Virus record (IMG/VR): IMGVR_UViG_3300044457_000011 | Coordinates: 1 to 60,531 of that record | Direction: 5' to 3' (one strand) | Source: a virus | Lineage: Duplodnaviria > Caudoviricetes | Length of the DNA stretch: 60,531 bases | Notes under the pieces: generated by a model | Told to the model about the DNA's origin: nothing | What the model saw: the letters and a program-made list of their open reading frames with translations, nothing else | Database searches by the model: none | Shown: in pieces, positions 45,291 to 54,402 of the stretch | Layout of the letters: each line of letters starts with the position of its first letter | How positions within the stretch are numbered: position 1 is the stretch's first letter | Made by a program: the position numbers and the translations under genes

Positions 45291-45914
45291 ATGTCTGTAT
45301 CAGACGAACAACACGGCCCGCTCATTTTGGACCTGGACGACTTCACCGGCGAGGACCAGCAGCTTAACGAACTCGACAACTTACGCCAGCTGTTCGGCGA
45401 AGAGTTCCAGGTCACCTTGTTTACGATCCCCGGCTTGTGCGGCCTAAAACGCGCCGAGACCGTCCGGCGGGAGTTTCCGGGGATGGAGATGGTTCCGCAC
45501 GGTTTTCTCCATCCGGACGCCCACGAATGCAGCCGGTGGACGGGGCCGATGATGGAGGCGTACCTGGATGAGATCGCGGGCCTCTTATTCGAGAAGGGGT
45601 TCAAGGCGCCGGGTTGGCAGATCACCGATCCGATGTATTGGGTCCTGCTCAAGCGCGGTTATTGGGTAGCCGACCAAATCTACAACCGGCCGCGGCGCCC
45701 GGCCGAATTGCTGGCCTACGAGGTGGACGAGGCCCGGAAGATCCACGGCCATATGGGGCACTTGGGCGGCCACAACATGAACGAGTTGACCCTCATTCTG
45801 CCCGTTCTTACGAGCCAAGTGCGCTTCCTGGAAGAACGGCGGCAAGCGGGCCTCTACAAAGGCACGCTGTTCGGCTTGTGCGGGAACGAGTTACGGCTCA
45901 CCGGGGAGGCGTAA
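45291..45914 (+). CDS. Polysaccharide deacetylase-like (NodB/DUF2334-type) protein
   Basis: LDLDD, VTLFTIP, PHGFLH, GFKAPGW. Confidence 0.8.
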   Translation: MSVSDEQHGPLILDLDDFTGEDQQLNELDNLRQLFGEEFQVTLFTIPGLCGLKRAETVRREFPGMEMVPHGFLHPDAHECSRWTGPMMEAYLDEIAGLLFEKGFKAPGWQITDPMYWVLLKRGYWVADQIYNRPRRPAELLAYEVDEARKIHGHMGHLGGHNMNELTLILPVLTSQVRFLEERRQAGLYKGTLFGLCGNELRLTGEA

Positions 45915-46633
45915 TGGCCCGCTACGACATCGTGATTCCGCATTGGGGCGAGGGTGCCCTTACGGACATTTGCCGCTTGTGTCTGGACTCGGTGGCCAAC
46001 GCCGGCGGGGACTTCCGGTTGATCCTGGTGGACAACGGTTCGGCGGACCCGCGCCGGCTGCAGCCGCAACTGGACCGCATGGACCACGTTGTCATTCGCA
46101 ATTCTGAGAACCTTGGATTCATCCGGGCGACGAACCAGGGCATTCAGTTCTCCACGGCGCCACTCGTGGTTCTGCTGAACAATGACACCCTGGTTCCGCC
46201 CGGGTGGTTGCAGCTGCTCGAGCAGCCGTTTCGCGAGGTTCCGAACGCTGGACTCTCCGGGCCGCTCACCGACACCACGGCCAGTTGGCAGGGGCAATGG
46301 AAGAAGCGCAACAACGGCGGCATCGTCACGTTGGCGCCCGGGCGGATGCTGGCTTTTTTTTGCGTCATGATCCATCGCCAGGTGATTGACGAAATCGGCT
46401 ACCTGGACGAAGCGTATGGCGTCGGTTTCGGCGACGATGATGAGTACTGCCGGCGGGCCGAGGAAGCCGGTTACAAGCTCTGTCTGTGTCAGGACCTGAA
46501 AGTGGCGCACCGTCACCGGACGTCGTTTCAGGTTCGCTACACACCGGAGGAGATCACCAAAATGCAGAGCGATGCGATGCGTCGTTTCCGATTGAGCAAA
46601 GGAGTTTTCGATGGCCTACGTTCCAAGTCTTAG
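45914..46633 (+). CDS. Glycosyltransferase family 2
   Basis: DIVIP, VDNGS, NLGF..ATNQG, LLNND, IGYLDE...GDDDEYC.RA...H. Confidence 0.95.
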   Translation: MARYDIVIPHWGEGALTDICRLCLDSVANAGGDFRLILVDNGSADPRRLQPQLDRMDHVVIRNSENLGFIRATNQGIQFSTAPLVVLLNNDTLVPPGWLQLLEQPFREVPNAGLSGPLTDTTASWQGQWKKRNNGGIVTLAPGRMLAFFCVMIHRQVIDEIGYLDEAYGVGFGDDDEYCRRAEEAGYKLCLCQDLKVAHRHRTSFQVRYTPEEITKMQSDAMRRFRLSKGVFDGLRSKS

Positions 46634-46901
46634 CCAGATCTGTACCGAAGCAGCCACATTGGCGAAGGTGGATTTTAACGATCCACGGAAGCTGATCACT
46701 GCTTTGGCCCGTGTTCTATATGACGCCTACCGGGCGAAAACCGGCGGGGTATCGCTGGCCAGCGGCGCTGCCATTCCGGAGTGGGACGCTTTGCGGCCCG
46801 ACATCCAGGAGGCGTGGGAGGCGTCGGCCACCGCCGCTCTGGTCTATGCCAACACCAGGTTCGATGTGACGGTCCACGTGGGGTTCCGCCGTGGCGTGTG
46901 A
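46611..46901 (+). CDS. Hypothetical phage protein
   Basis: AAGGAG RBS; YDAY...GG.S...G..IPEWD.L...Q.AW. Confidence 0.7.
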   Translation: MAYVPSLSQICTEAATLAKVDFNDPRKLITALARVLYDAYRAKTGGVSLASGAAIPEWDALRPDIQEAWEASATAALVYANTRFDVTVHVGFRRGV

Positions 46902-47466
46902 AGGACGATGCAGCGGTTGCGCTTTGAAGCCCGGCGGCAAGGCAAACCAGGAAGTGACCAACCGGCTAACGGCGCTGTTCTCGGCGCTCGGCGGGACGCC
47001 GTTCTACTGCCACGATAAGTTCGGATGGACCGACGACCGGCCCGACTATCCGGGCGGCATGGGCCGGGTGAGCAACACGATTGTGAATCTGATGACGGCG
47101 CCAACGCTGATCCACAACTCACCGGAGGTCGGCAATGCCATTTCCGACGCAACGGCCACCGGGGTTCCGCCGAGTATGTTCGACAGCGATCGGGCGGCGT
47201 TGGGCAAACATCCTCACTGCAAAGGGTGGCAGGCGGCTGTGGCGCGTCTACGGGATGGGGGTTGGTTCCAGGACCCGGCCCGGCGCGTGATCCGCCGCGC
47301 GATCGCCAGCATGGGCCTGTTGGCGCTCGAGCGTCTGGGGACGGAGAAGGCACCCGCCAAGCGTCGGGCGTGCATCGCCGATATCAAGACCGCCATGCGC
47401 CGGTTTACGCAGGAGTTGAAGAAGGACGGCGGCCGCGTCCATTTGAGCGACTTAGAGTCTAATTAG
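46891..47466 (+). CDS. Hypothetical Cys/His protein (CxxC...FYCH...CxGW)
   Basis: Likely metal-binding pattern; overlaps the upstream gene. Confidence 0.65.
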   Translation: MACEGRCSGCALKPGGKANQEVTNRLTALFSALGGTPFYCHDKFGWTDDRPDYPGGMGRVSNTIVNLMTAPTLIHNSPEVGNAISDATATGVPPSMFDSDRAALGKHPHCKGWQAAVARLRDGGWFQDPARRVIRRAIASMGLLALERLGTEKAPAKRRACIADIKTAMRRFTQELKKDGGRVHLSDLESN

Positions 47467-47671
47467 AGTGCCCGACATCGATGTCGTCTTTTTCCTGGTT
47501 TTCCTCGGGGCGTGCCTGATTCGGGTTTACGTCGAGCGCGATCGCCGAAAGCCGCCGCCGGAATCCGGAGACGGCGTCTGATCCTGGCCGTAAAACCGGG
47601 CGATAAATATTCAGGTAAACACTGATATCATTGGTGTACATCTATAAGCTGTCACGGTAACCTGAACACGT

Positions 47672-47872
47672 ATGAAGTTTCGGGATCTCACCAAGTTAAT
47701 TGAAGCGGATGGATGGCAGTTGGCCCGTCAAAAAGGTTCGCACGCACACTACACCCACCCGGTGAAACGAGGTTCGGTGACTATCGCTGGCCACCCTGGC
47801 GATGATGTACGGCCCGGAACATTAGCTTCGATTTGCGAACAAGCCCAGATACCGAAACCGAAAAGGAAATAA
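47672..47872 (+). CDS. hicA: HicA toxin (mRNA interferase)
   Basis: LIEADGW..RQKGSH...HP...VTI..HP..D...GTL.SI. Confidence 0.95.
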   Translation: MKFRDLTKLIEADGWQLARQKGSHAHYTHPVKRGSVTIAGHPGDDVRPGTLASICEQAQIPKPKRK

Positions 47873-47876
47873 ACAG

Positions 47877-48104
47877 ATGACATACGCAATCGTCATTGAG
47901 CCAACCGGAACCGGGTATTGCTCATACGTTCCAGACTTGCCGGGCTGCGTCGGCGCGGCCGCTACGCTGCCGGAATTGAAGGTTCTTATGGCCGAGGCCA
48001 TTAAGGGCCATATCGAATTCAACCGGGAACTAGGAGAAGAGATCCCGCCGCCCACCACCCTAGTGGCTTCCGTCGAAGTTGAGCTGGACTGTGTTGCCCA
48101 GTAA
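47877..48104 (+). CDS. hicB: HicB antitoxin, short form without DNA-binding domain
   Basis: YAIVIE...Y..VPDLPGC...EAI.......GEEIP.P. Confidence 0.93.
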   Translation: MTYAIVIEPTGTGYCSYVPDLPGCVGAAATLPELKVLMAEAIKGHIEFNRELGEEIPPPTTLVASVEVELDCVAQ

Positions 48105-48315
48105 ATTGGCGGCCACGGCCGCCCAGCGGGGCAGCAAAGGCGGCCGGGCGCGAGTTCCCAAAGGGGTAGCAGTCAGCGCCCGCGCCGACGAGATCCGCGC
48201 CATGGCCGTGGCGGCTCGGTCGATTCCTAAGCCGTGCCCGCGCTGCGGGGTGCCCTGTGCCAGCGGACGAAAAGCCAAGGCGCATTGTGCCGGGACCGAC
48301 CAGCGGCCGCTGTAG
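48079..48315 (+). CDS. Small basic protein with GSKGGRAR and CPRC...HC (start uncertain)
   Basis: KGG-like motif and possible Zn finger. Confidence 0.5.
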   Translation: MSWTVLPSKLAATAAQRGSKGGRARVPKGVAVSARADEIRAMAVAARSIPKPCPRCGVPCASGRKAKAHCAGTDQRPL

Positions 48316-48324
48316 ACTCCGGGG

Positions 48325-48819
48325 ATGGCCGATTTCGCCACCGCGTTTGACGATTCGCCGTCGTTGTTGATCTGTGGCCAGCGGAAGAAGTGGCGCCGTT
48401 GTGCTCATTGCGGCCGCCGCACGTTTCATTTGTGCGATTGGCGGATGCTGAAGACCAGGCCCACCAAGGTCTGCCGCCTGCAGCCGGGCATGCCGGTCAA
48501 GGGCTACGAGCACAACTTCCTCCCGTTGGACGGCGTCATTCTCTCTGTCCGCCCATTGAATCGAGAAGACTTCCAGGGCTTTAGCGACAAGGGGTGGATT
48601 GTATACCGGGGCGCGTTCAAGCGGCAGATAGAAATCGAGGTCGAGTATTACGGCAACCGCCCACAGCCAGCCAGCAAGAGGCCCGTATTGATCATTCGAC
48701 CGCACGTGAAGGACCGACTGCCAATCATCCGGCCGGGCCGGTGCTCGAAACCATGCTGTGTTCGTTGCCGGCGGACCGTGGCGCCAGGCGTCGACTATTG
48801 CCAGGACCATTGGCTGTAG
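48325..48819 (+). CDS. Cys-rich hypothetical protein
   Basis: CAHC...LCDW...CSKPCCVRC...DYC..H. Confidence 0.65.
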   Translation: MADFATAFDDSPSLLICGQRKKWRRCAHCGRRTFHLCDWRMLKTRPTKVCRLQPGMPVKGYEHNFLPLDGVILSVRPLNREDFQGFSDKGWIVYRGAFKRQIEIEVEYYGNRPQPASKRPVLIIRPHVKDRLPIIRPGRCSKPCCVRCRRTVAPGVDYCQDHWL

Positions 48820-48920
48820 AGAACGTGTCGCCGAAATCTGCCTGCAGCGCGTAAACGCGCCGCGATTGTGTTTGCCAGCATATGGGCGTGGGATCCCCCA
48901 ACGCCGTAGGAGGCGACACG

Positions 48921-49763
48921 ATGAAAGTGGTTGACGTCCAAATAGGAAAGATTGACTTTAGCAATAGGTACCGCAAGGAGCTTGGCGACATCGCCGCGTT
49001 GGCCGAGAACATCAGGGAGTGCGGCCTGCTGCAGCCCATCGGCGTTGATCAGAATTTCAAACTGATTTGCGGAGAGCGGCGGGTGTTGGCCTTTATCCGG
49101 CTGAATCGGGAAACTATTCCCGCAGTCATTTTAAAGCTCGATTCCCTTATTGCCGGCGAGTACGCGGAGAACGAGTTTCGGAAGCAGTTCACGCCATCCG
49201 AGCGTGCTGCTATCGGCAAGGCGCTAGAAGCAGAACTTGGAAACCGCAAGGGCGCCAATCAGCATACCCGTAAAAACGGGGACCCTCACGGAGAGACCGT
49301 CGATATCGCCGCTAAGCGGGCCGGGTTTAAGAGCGCGGAAACTTTTAGGGCCGCCCAGAAGGTTACCGAGCGTGGATCCGAGGAATTGGTTGCTGCAATG
49401 GACGAAGGAAAGGTGTCTATTGCGGCGGCCGCCTCTATTGCCAGCCAGCCGAAGCCGGACCAGAATCGCATCATCGAGCTTCCCAAAGAGAAGCAGCGGG
49501 CGGCGATCAGTCTGATCCGAAAGTCGAAGGCCGACCGCGAGGCCAATGAGCGAAGAGCCCGGGATATCTATCTGTTCCGCGGCCTGTACAACGCGGTGAA
49601 GTTTATTGCTGAATTCAACGAAGGCACCAGAGAAACCTGGGATGGCCTATGGCGGGTCAGCGCATACGATTTCAGCGATCACTTGAACCGGGCACTGGAG
49701 TATTTGCCCAAGTTGAAGAAGGAGCACCCAAATGCCGCCAAACGGCCTTTACAAGTATCGTAA
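48921..49763 (+). CDS. ParB N-terminal domain protein
   Basis: AGGAGG RBS; RYRKELGDIAALAENI..GLLQPIGV...LICGERRV.A...EN..RK.FTPSE. Confidence 0.88.
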   Translation: MKVVDVQIGKIDFSNRYRKELGDIAALAENIRECGLLQPIGVDQNFKLICGERRVLAFIRLNRETIPAVILKLDSLIAGEYAENEFRKQFTPSERAAIGKALEAELGNRKGANQHTRKNGDPHGETVDIAAKRAGFKSAETFRAAQKVTERGSEELVAAMDEGKVSIAAAASIASQPKPDQNRIIELPKEKQRAAISLIRKSKADREANERRARDIYLFRGLYNAVKFIAEFNEGTRETWDGLWRVSAYDFSDHLNRALEYLPKLKKEHPNAAKRPLQVS

Positions 49764-50289
49764 GGAGTTTAACGATGCCATGCGTACTTCGATCAGCGCC
49801 TGTGCATTAAAGACTGGGAAACACGATGTAACCACCATCGTGGAATACATTGTGAAGCAGTATGCCGCCTTGATCAAACCACTAATTGACCATTTCGTGG
49901 CGGCACATATTGGAGAGCTCGTTCGGTCGGAATTACGCCGCTGCACCGTTTCGCTCGATGTCGCGCAGCAGGAAGCGCTTCAGGAGGCGCTCCAACTAAG
50001 ATTGGCCTTCTACGACATGGATGAGTTCCGTGCAGTCGACCGTGCCATTTTTGTCCTGGACGAAAACAACAAGAGAGAGCGTGTGGACTATCACCGATCC
50101 ACTGAGGCGCAGCGGAACTCCAGCATTACGATCAAGTCGGTGCAGATCGACGCGGACCAAGCCAAGCTGGATAGAGATCGGGCGGCGAACGCATGGCTTC
50201 ACGTTTTGGTCGAAAAGTATGGAGATTTAGCCGCCGAGGAGTTGGTGCGGTTATGGCTCCTAGAAAAACAGAGCGCAAGGGTGAATTAG
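49732..50289 (+). CDS. Hypothetical protein
   Basis: AAGGAG RBS; overlaps the ParB-like gene. Confidence 0.65.
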   Translation: MPPNGLYKYRKEFNDAMRTSISACALKTGKHDVTTIVEYIVKQYAALIKPLIDHFVAAHIGELVRSELRRCTVSLDVAQQEALQEALQLRLAFYDMDEFRAVDRAIFVLDENNKRERVDYHRSTEAQRNSSITIKSVQIDADQAKLDRDRAANAWLHVLVEKYGDLAAEELVRLWLLEKQSARVN

Positions 50290-50337
50290 GTACGACGCGT
50301 CGGAACGCGCCCGCCTACAATTCGCCACAATAACCGC

Positions 50338-50631
50338 ATGCCACTTACATTAGAAGAATCCGCCGCCCTGATGAACGACCAGACGATGAAGGGCAAAGCT
50401 AAAGTTGCAATGTTGCGCTATTGCGACACGATCCTCATCGAAGCTGATAGCACTTTGGGGCACACCAGCCGCGTTAGGTGGGCGCAGCAGGCAATGCAGC
50501 AGCCGGAAATCTGGGTCAACCAGCTTTATCCGAATGTGATCATGGACCCGGCGATCCAGGAAGCTGGCGCCGCCGCCACCGACCAGCAAATCCAGGCCGC
50601 GACGGAAGCGGTCATAAATAAGACGGTTTGA
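50338..50631 (+). CDS. Hypothetical helical protein
   Basis: 97 aa with phage-typical codon use. Confidence 0.7.
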   Translation: MPLTLEESAALMNDQTMKGKAKVAMLRYCDTILIEADSTLGHTSRVRWAQQAMQQPEIWVNQLYPNVIMDPAIQEAGAAATDQQIQAATEAVINKTV

Positions 50632-50817
50632 CCCGTTTCAACCCAGCGTTTATGAGGGTTGCCGCTAAAACGCCAGCCCTCGCGTTCCGGTTGAATGGAA
50701 GGGTCCGGCCGTCCGATCTGTTGTGTTTCCTGCGGATCGCGGTTTGGTTGTCTCGGGGGAGACGCCAGCTAGTTTGGCTCAGCCAGCCAGCGGCCGGACA
50801 CCGACGAAGGAGCCTGC

Positions 50818-51510
50818 ATGCTGTCCCTGATCACACCAACCGGCGGCCGCCCGAACGCGTTCCGTCTGCTCGAGGGCTACATCGCCGCCCAGAGCTACCG
50901 CGGCATGGTGGAGTGGATCGTGGTCGATGACGGGCCGAAGCCGACGACTTGTTGTCAGGGCCAGACCGTAATCCGCCGGCAGCCGTACTGGACACCGCAG
51001 CACGGCCCGTCGCTGGTGGCGAATCTGACGGCCGGTTTGCGGGAAGCCCGCGGCGAGAAGATCTTATTTATCGAGGACGACGAGTGTTACTTGCCTTTCT
51101 ACCTGGCGCGGATGGAGGAGGCGCTCGACCGGCACGCTCTGGTGGGCCAGGCGCCGGCCCGGTACTACAACGTGAAGACCCGGAGCTATAGGGTGATCTC
51201 AAACGCCACGCACGCCAGCTTGGCTCAGACCGCCATGCGGCGGGAGTTGGTGCAGCCGTTCCTCGATATCCTCGCCGCGCAGCCGTCGCCGTTTGTGGAC
51301 CTTCCCTTGTGGCGCAGCTACGGGTCGGCCGGGCTGTCGTTCAGTTGCGCCGATGTCGTCTCTATCAAGGGGATGCCGGGACGGCCCGGTATCGGCGCCG
51401 GACACCGGGCCGGTGGCGTGTCATGGATCGGCGATCCGGATTGCGTCACGCTGCGGTCCTGGATTGGCGATCGCTACTTGTCCTATCTCCCGTACTGCCA
51501 GCACGCGTGA
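50818..51510 (+). CDS. Glycosyltransferase family 2/GT-A
   Basis: AAGGAG RBS; SLITPT..RP, WIVVDDG, FIEDDE. Confidence 0.88.
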   Translation: MLSLITPTGGRPNAFRLLEGYIAAQSYRGMVEWIVVDDGPKPTTCCQGQTVIRRQPYWTPQHGPSLVANLTAGLREARGEKILFIEDDECYLPFYLARMEEALDRHALVGQAPARYYNVKTRSYRVISNATHASLAQTAMRRELVQPFLDILAAQPSPFVDLPLWRSYGSAGLSFSCADVVSIKGMPGRPGIGAGHRAGGVSWIGDPDCVTLRSWIGDRYLSYLPYCQHA

Positions 51511-51552
51511 TCACCTTTCCGTTTTGGGTCCGCAGCGCGGGACGGCGGCCGC

Positions 51553-51912
51553 GTGCCCGGTGCTAACCTCGCGGTTGTGAGAGAGTTCGAAAGTCCCGAC
51601 CCGGCATGCCTCGACCAGTACGGGGAGCCCGTGGTGTTCACGCCGGCCGACGGTGGAGGGCCATATGAAGTCACGATGATCGTTTCGTCCTCCGGTCCCT
51701 ACGCCGACGTACAACCGGCGCCCATCCTGGTGTTGTTCGGCACGTTGGAACTCTCCGGGTTTATCGCTGCCGGCGCTCCTCTCCCGCTCCGCGGGGACTT
51801 CTTTCACGTCGACAACATTCTCTATGAGTGCTACCTCGTGAAGCAGGACCGAGCGGGTGGCACGCCGGGTACCAACGGCACCTGGTGCTATCTGACGCAG
51901 GGTGGTGGGTAA
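51553..51912 (+). CDS. Head-tail joining protein (gpFII-like)
   Basis: YGEPVVFTP..G...P.RGD.F.VD...Y.....D..G; position before the tail genes. Start uncertain. Confidence 0.65.
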   Translation: MPGANLAVVREFESPDPACLDQYGEPVVFTPADGGGPYEVTMIVSSSGPYADVQPAPILVLFGTLELSGFIAAGAPLPLRGDFFHVDNILYECYLVKQDRAGGTPGTNGTWCYLTQGGG

Positions 51913-52373
51913 TGGCGGTCACGGTTGTCGATCCGTACGAGTTGCTGTCCCTCTATCAGGCGACCTTGATGGGGGTTCCCGAGGTTGTGGCGCTGGTGGA
52001 CGGCGTGCCCGGAAACATAAAGCTGCTCGACCGCGAGAGCGACTTATCCGGCGAGATCGAGAATCTTCGGCCGCCGGCCATTTTGATCTATTGGGACGGC
52101 ATCACACCGTCTCGCTTTCCGAGCCGATTCAAATACGGAGTCGGCATCATCCTGCGGGTCAAACAGGCGGCCCGCATGTTTCAGGCGTTGTGCCAAGGCA
52201 GCTCAACTTACACAGGGAGCGATGGCCTGCCGATGCTTGTCTCTACTATCCACCCGCGCTTTGACCCGATGGAGATGCCATCGGTCGAGCGGCTGCAAAT
52301 CGCTTTGAGCGATCGCCGTTCCTTTGAGTGCATGGTCATGAAATCAGGATTTCTCGACCGTGGGTCCAACTAA
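51912..52373 (+). CDS. Putative tail terminator/completion protein
   Basis: TAATG coupling; PAILIYW; immediately before the tail tube gene. Confidence 0.55.
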   Translation: MAVTVVDPYELLSLYQATLMGVPEVVALVDGVPGNIKLLDRESDLSGEIENLRPPAILIYWDGITPSRFPSRFKYGVGIILRVKQAARMFQALCQGSSTYTGSDGLPMLVSTIHPRFDPMEMPSVERLQIALSDRRSFECMVMKSGFLDRGSN

Positions 52374-52391
52374 CACTCAAAAGGAGCCTAC

Positions 52392-53456
52392 ATGCCGGCA
52401 CGCGATATAGAGCTAGTCGTAGCCACTTCATTTCGAAAGCAACCGGGGACCGGCTTGGAAACCACCACGGCAGCGCAACTCCAGACGCCGTTGGCCGCCG
52501 GGTTCTGGGTGCCTAACATCACCGCTTTCAACGTTCCCATTCCGACCCTCAATTTCGAGGACGATAGCGAATTCTACGGGAAGGGCTTCGAATGGGTTTC
52601 GCAGCTGTTCCCGACCTCAGCCGACTCGGCGTGGGAATGGCCGAGCTTCCTGACCTCCCAGAACTTTGCCCAGGCGATTGTGTTTGCGCTCGGCAAGTAC
52701 ACCGAGACGCCGGCGTCCGGGGCCGTCACCTATGTGGCCACGCCGATGGATGCGCCGGTCAACGGCGTCAATCTTCCGGCGATGACCGTGCTGGCCGGGA
52801 TCCGGCAAGGGACCGCGGGTAAGATTCTGGACGTCCAGGTTCCCGGCCTCTGTTCAAACGGGTTCACCCTCAATGTGCAGCGCGGCCCGGGCCTGCAAAA
52901 CACGAACCTGACGCAGCGGTATATCGGGTGCGGAAAGTTTGTCGATTCGGCCGGGGTTACCTACCCGCCCAAAACCCAGGAGAATCGCTTGGGCGCCGGC
53001 CTGTCGACCGCCATCCGCATCAACGGCGTCGACTACCTGGCAAACGCCCGTTTCGTAGATTTGAACTACGAGTACAACAACAACATCACCGGCGACAACG
53101 GTTTCTATCCGGGATCCGGCTCCCAAAACGGATTCGATATCCGCGGCCGGATGCGCTACGGCAAGCGGACGCAGACCTTGTCCTGGCAGGTGGAGTTGGA
53201 GAAGGACTCCATCGAACTCCAAAACCTCTTAAACGGGGTGGAGGGTCCGGCCGAGTTGGAAATCACCGGCGGCGCGATCGGGTCCGAGTTTCACAAGGCG
53301 CAGATCGAATGGCCGCGGACGCGGCACAAGGGTTGGTCGATGACTTCGGTCGACGGTTTCGTGACGGCGCAGGTCGAAACCGCGATCATGAACTCCGAGA
53401 CCAGCGGTTCGGTAACAGCGACGGCGGTCACCGACCTCGCCGGAATCGGAAGTTAG
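52392..53456 (+). CDS. Major tail tube protein
   Basis: AAGGAG RBS; 354-aa beta-rich protein upstream of the frameshifted chaperones and tape measure. Confidence 0.7.
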   Translation: MPARDIELVVATSFRKQPGTGLETTTAAQLQTPLAAGFWVPNITAFNVPIPTLNFEDDSEFYGKGFEWVSQLFPTSADSAWEWPSFLTSQNFAQAIVFALGKYTETPASGAVTYVATPMDAPVNGVNLPAMTVLAGIRQGTAGKILDVQVPGLCSNGFTLNVQRGPGLQNTNLTQRYIGCGKFVDSAGVTYPPKTQENRLGAGLSTAIRINGVDYLANARFVDLNYEYNNNITGDNGFYPGSGSQNGFDIRGRMRYGKRTQTLSWQVELEKDSIELQNLLNGVEGPAELEITGGAIGSEFHKAQIEWPRTRHKGWSMTSVDGFVTAQVETAIMNSETSGSVTATAVTDLAGIGS

Positions 53457-53542
53457 AAAACGCCGTCTGGCACGGCGAACCAACGCGCCCGGTCTTGTTA
53501 GCATGGCCGGGCGCGTACTTATTTCCCCCACTAGGAGTTGCG

Positions 53543-54118
53543 ATGAACCTGCAGGAACCGTTTTGCATTGAGATTGTCGGCCCGGCGGGCACGGCCACAT
53601 ATCGTCTGCCGTACCCCGATGAGGCGTTTTGGTTGGAGCGGGCCAAACGGCAGCGCCTGGAAAGGACCAGCAAAGCGCAACAGGTGCGTTTCAAGGTGAC
53701 TCCATGCCGGGAGTTCGACTATAACCAGGTGCTCAACACGGCCACCGAGAAGCCCGAGGAGTTTGATGAATACGACGCCGAGTTTGTGATTGCCCGGTTG
53801 GCGAATTGCGATATTGTGTCGCACGAGCAGACCACCCCTTCCACCCATAAATTCGAGTTAAGGGGATTCAACGGCGAGGAGTTGGCCGTTGTTCTCGCCT
53901 ATCCTTCGCGGCGCCAGGTGGTGACTTACCGGGAGGCCACCAGCGACTCCTACAGCACCAAGGGCGGCGGCACGACGATCCTGAGCTTGAAGCCGTGCGT
54001 CACGCTGTTCCAGGTGTTGTTGAAGGACACCGTGGGCTATGAGGGCGGGCAGGTGCCGGTCCCGCACATGGACACCTACATTCAGCAGTTGCTGGACATC
54101 GTAGACCCAAACGGGTAG
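53543..54118 (+). CDS. Tail assembly chaperone (gpG-like)
   Basis: AGGAG upstream of ATG 53543; ends in the slippery heptamer C CCA AAC. Confidence 0.7.
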   Translation: MNLQEPFCIEIVGPAGTATYRLPYPDEAFWLERAKRQRLERTSKAQQVRFKVTPCREFDYNQVLNTATEKPEEFDEYDAEFVIARLANCDIVSHEQTTPSTHKFELRGFNGEELAVVLAYPSRRQVVTYREATSDSYSTKGGGTTILSLKPCVTLFQVLLKDTVGYEGGQVPVPHMDTYIQQLLDIVDPNG

Positions 54119-54136
54119 AGCCCGGCGATCCGGGCT
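54106..54136 (+). promoter_or_regulatory. Programmed -1 ribosomal frameshift signal
   Basis: X XXY YYZ = C CCA AAC (54106-54112), 6-nt spacer, hairpin AGCCCGG-CGAT-CCGGGCT; the -1 frame is open to 54399. Confidence 0.8.
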
Positions 54137-54399
54137 ATATCTTGGTGGAGCAACTCCGGGACCTCGGTCTGAACGGCGAGGTCCTGAATCCGACTCCCGA
54201 GATCGAGTTGCTGATCGAGTTGGAGACCGAACTGGAGCTCGGCTTGACCATTACGCGGGACGACATCTCCGAGCGGCAGTTTCAGGCGTTGATTATGGTG
54301 CGCCGGTTCCGGAGGGAGCGCGACCAGTCGCAAGCCAAAGCCCGGCAGGCTGAGGCGTTCCACCAGGCGGCCGCGGCCCGCTCCCGCAGCGCGATTTAG
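54106..54399 (+). CDS. gpT-like frameshift extension (C-terminus of gpGT)
   Basis: -1 frame relative to gpG reads ...RVEPGDPGYILVEQLRDL...; no convincing start of its own. Confidence 0.7.
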   Translation, partial: PKRVEPGDPGYILVEQLRDLGLNGEVLNPTPEIELLIELETELELGLTITRDDISERQFQALIMVRRFRRERDQSQAKARQAEAFHQAAAARSRSAI

Positions 54400-54402
54400 G
54401 CG

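Noticed and set aside
40720-46633. Gtr-type serotype conversion or T4-like DNA glucosylation locus
   Set aside because: No membrane components and no base-hydroxylating partner seen. Not excluded, but less supported than virion glycosylation.
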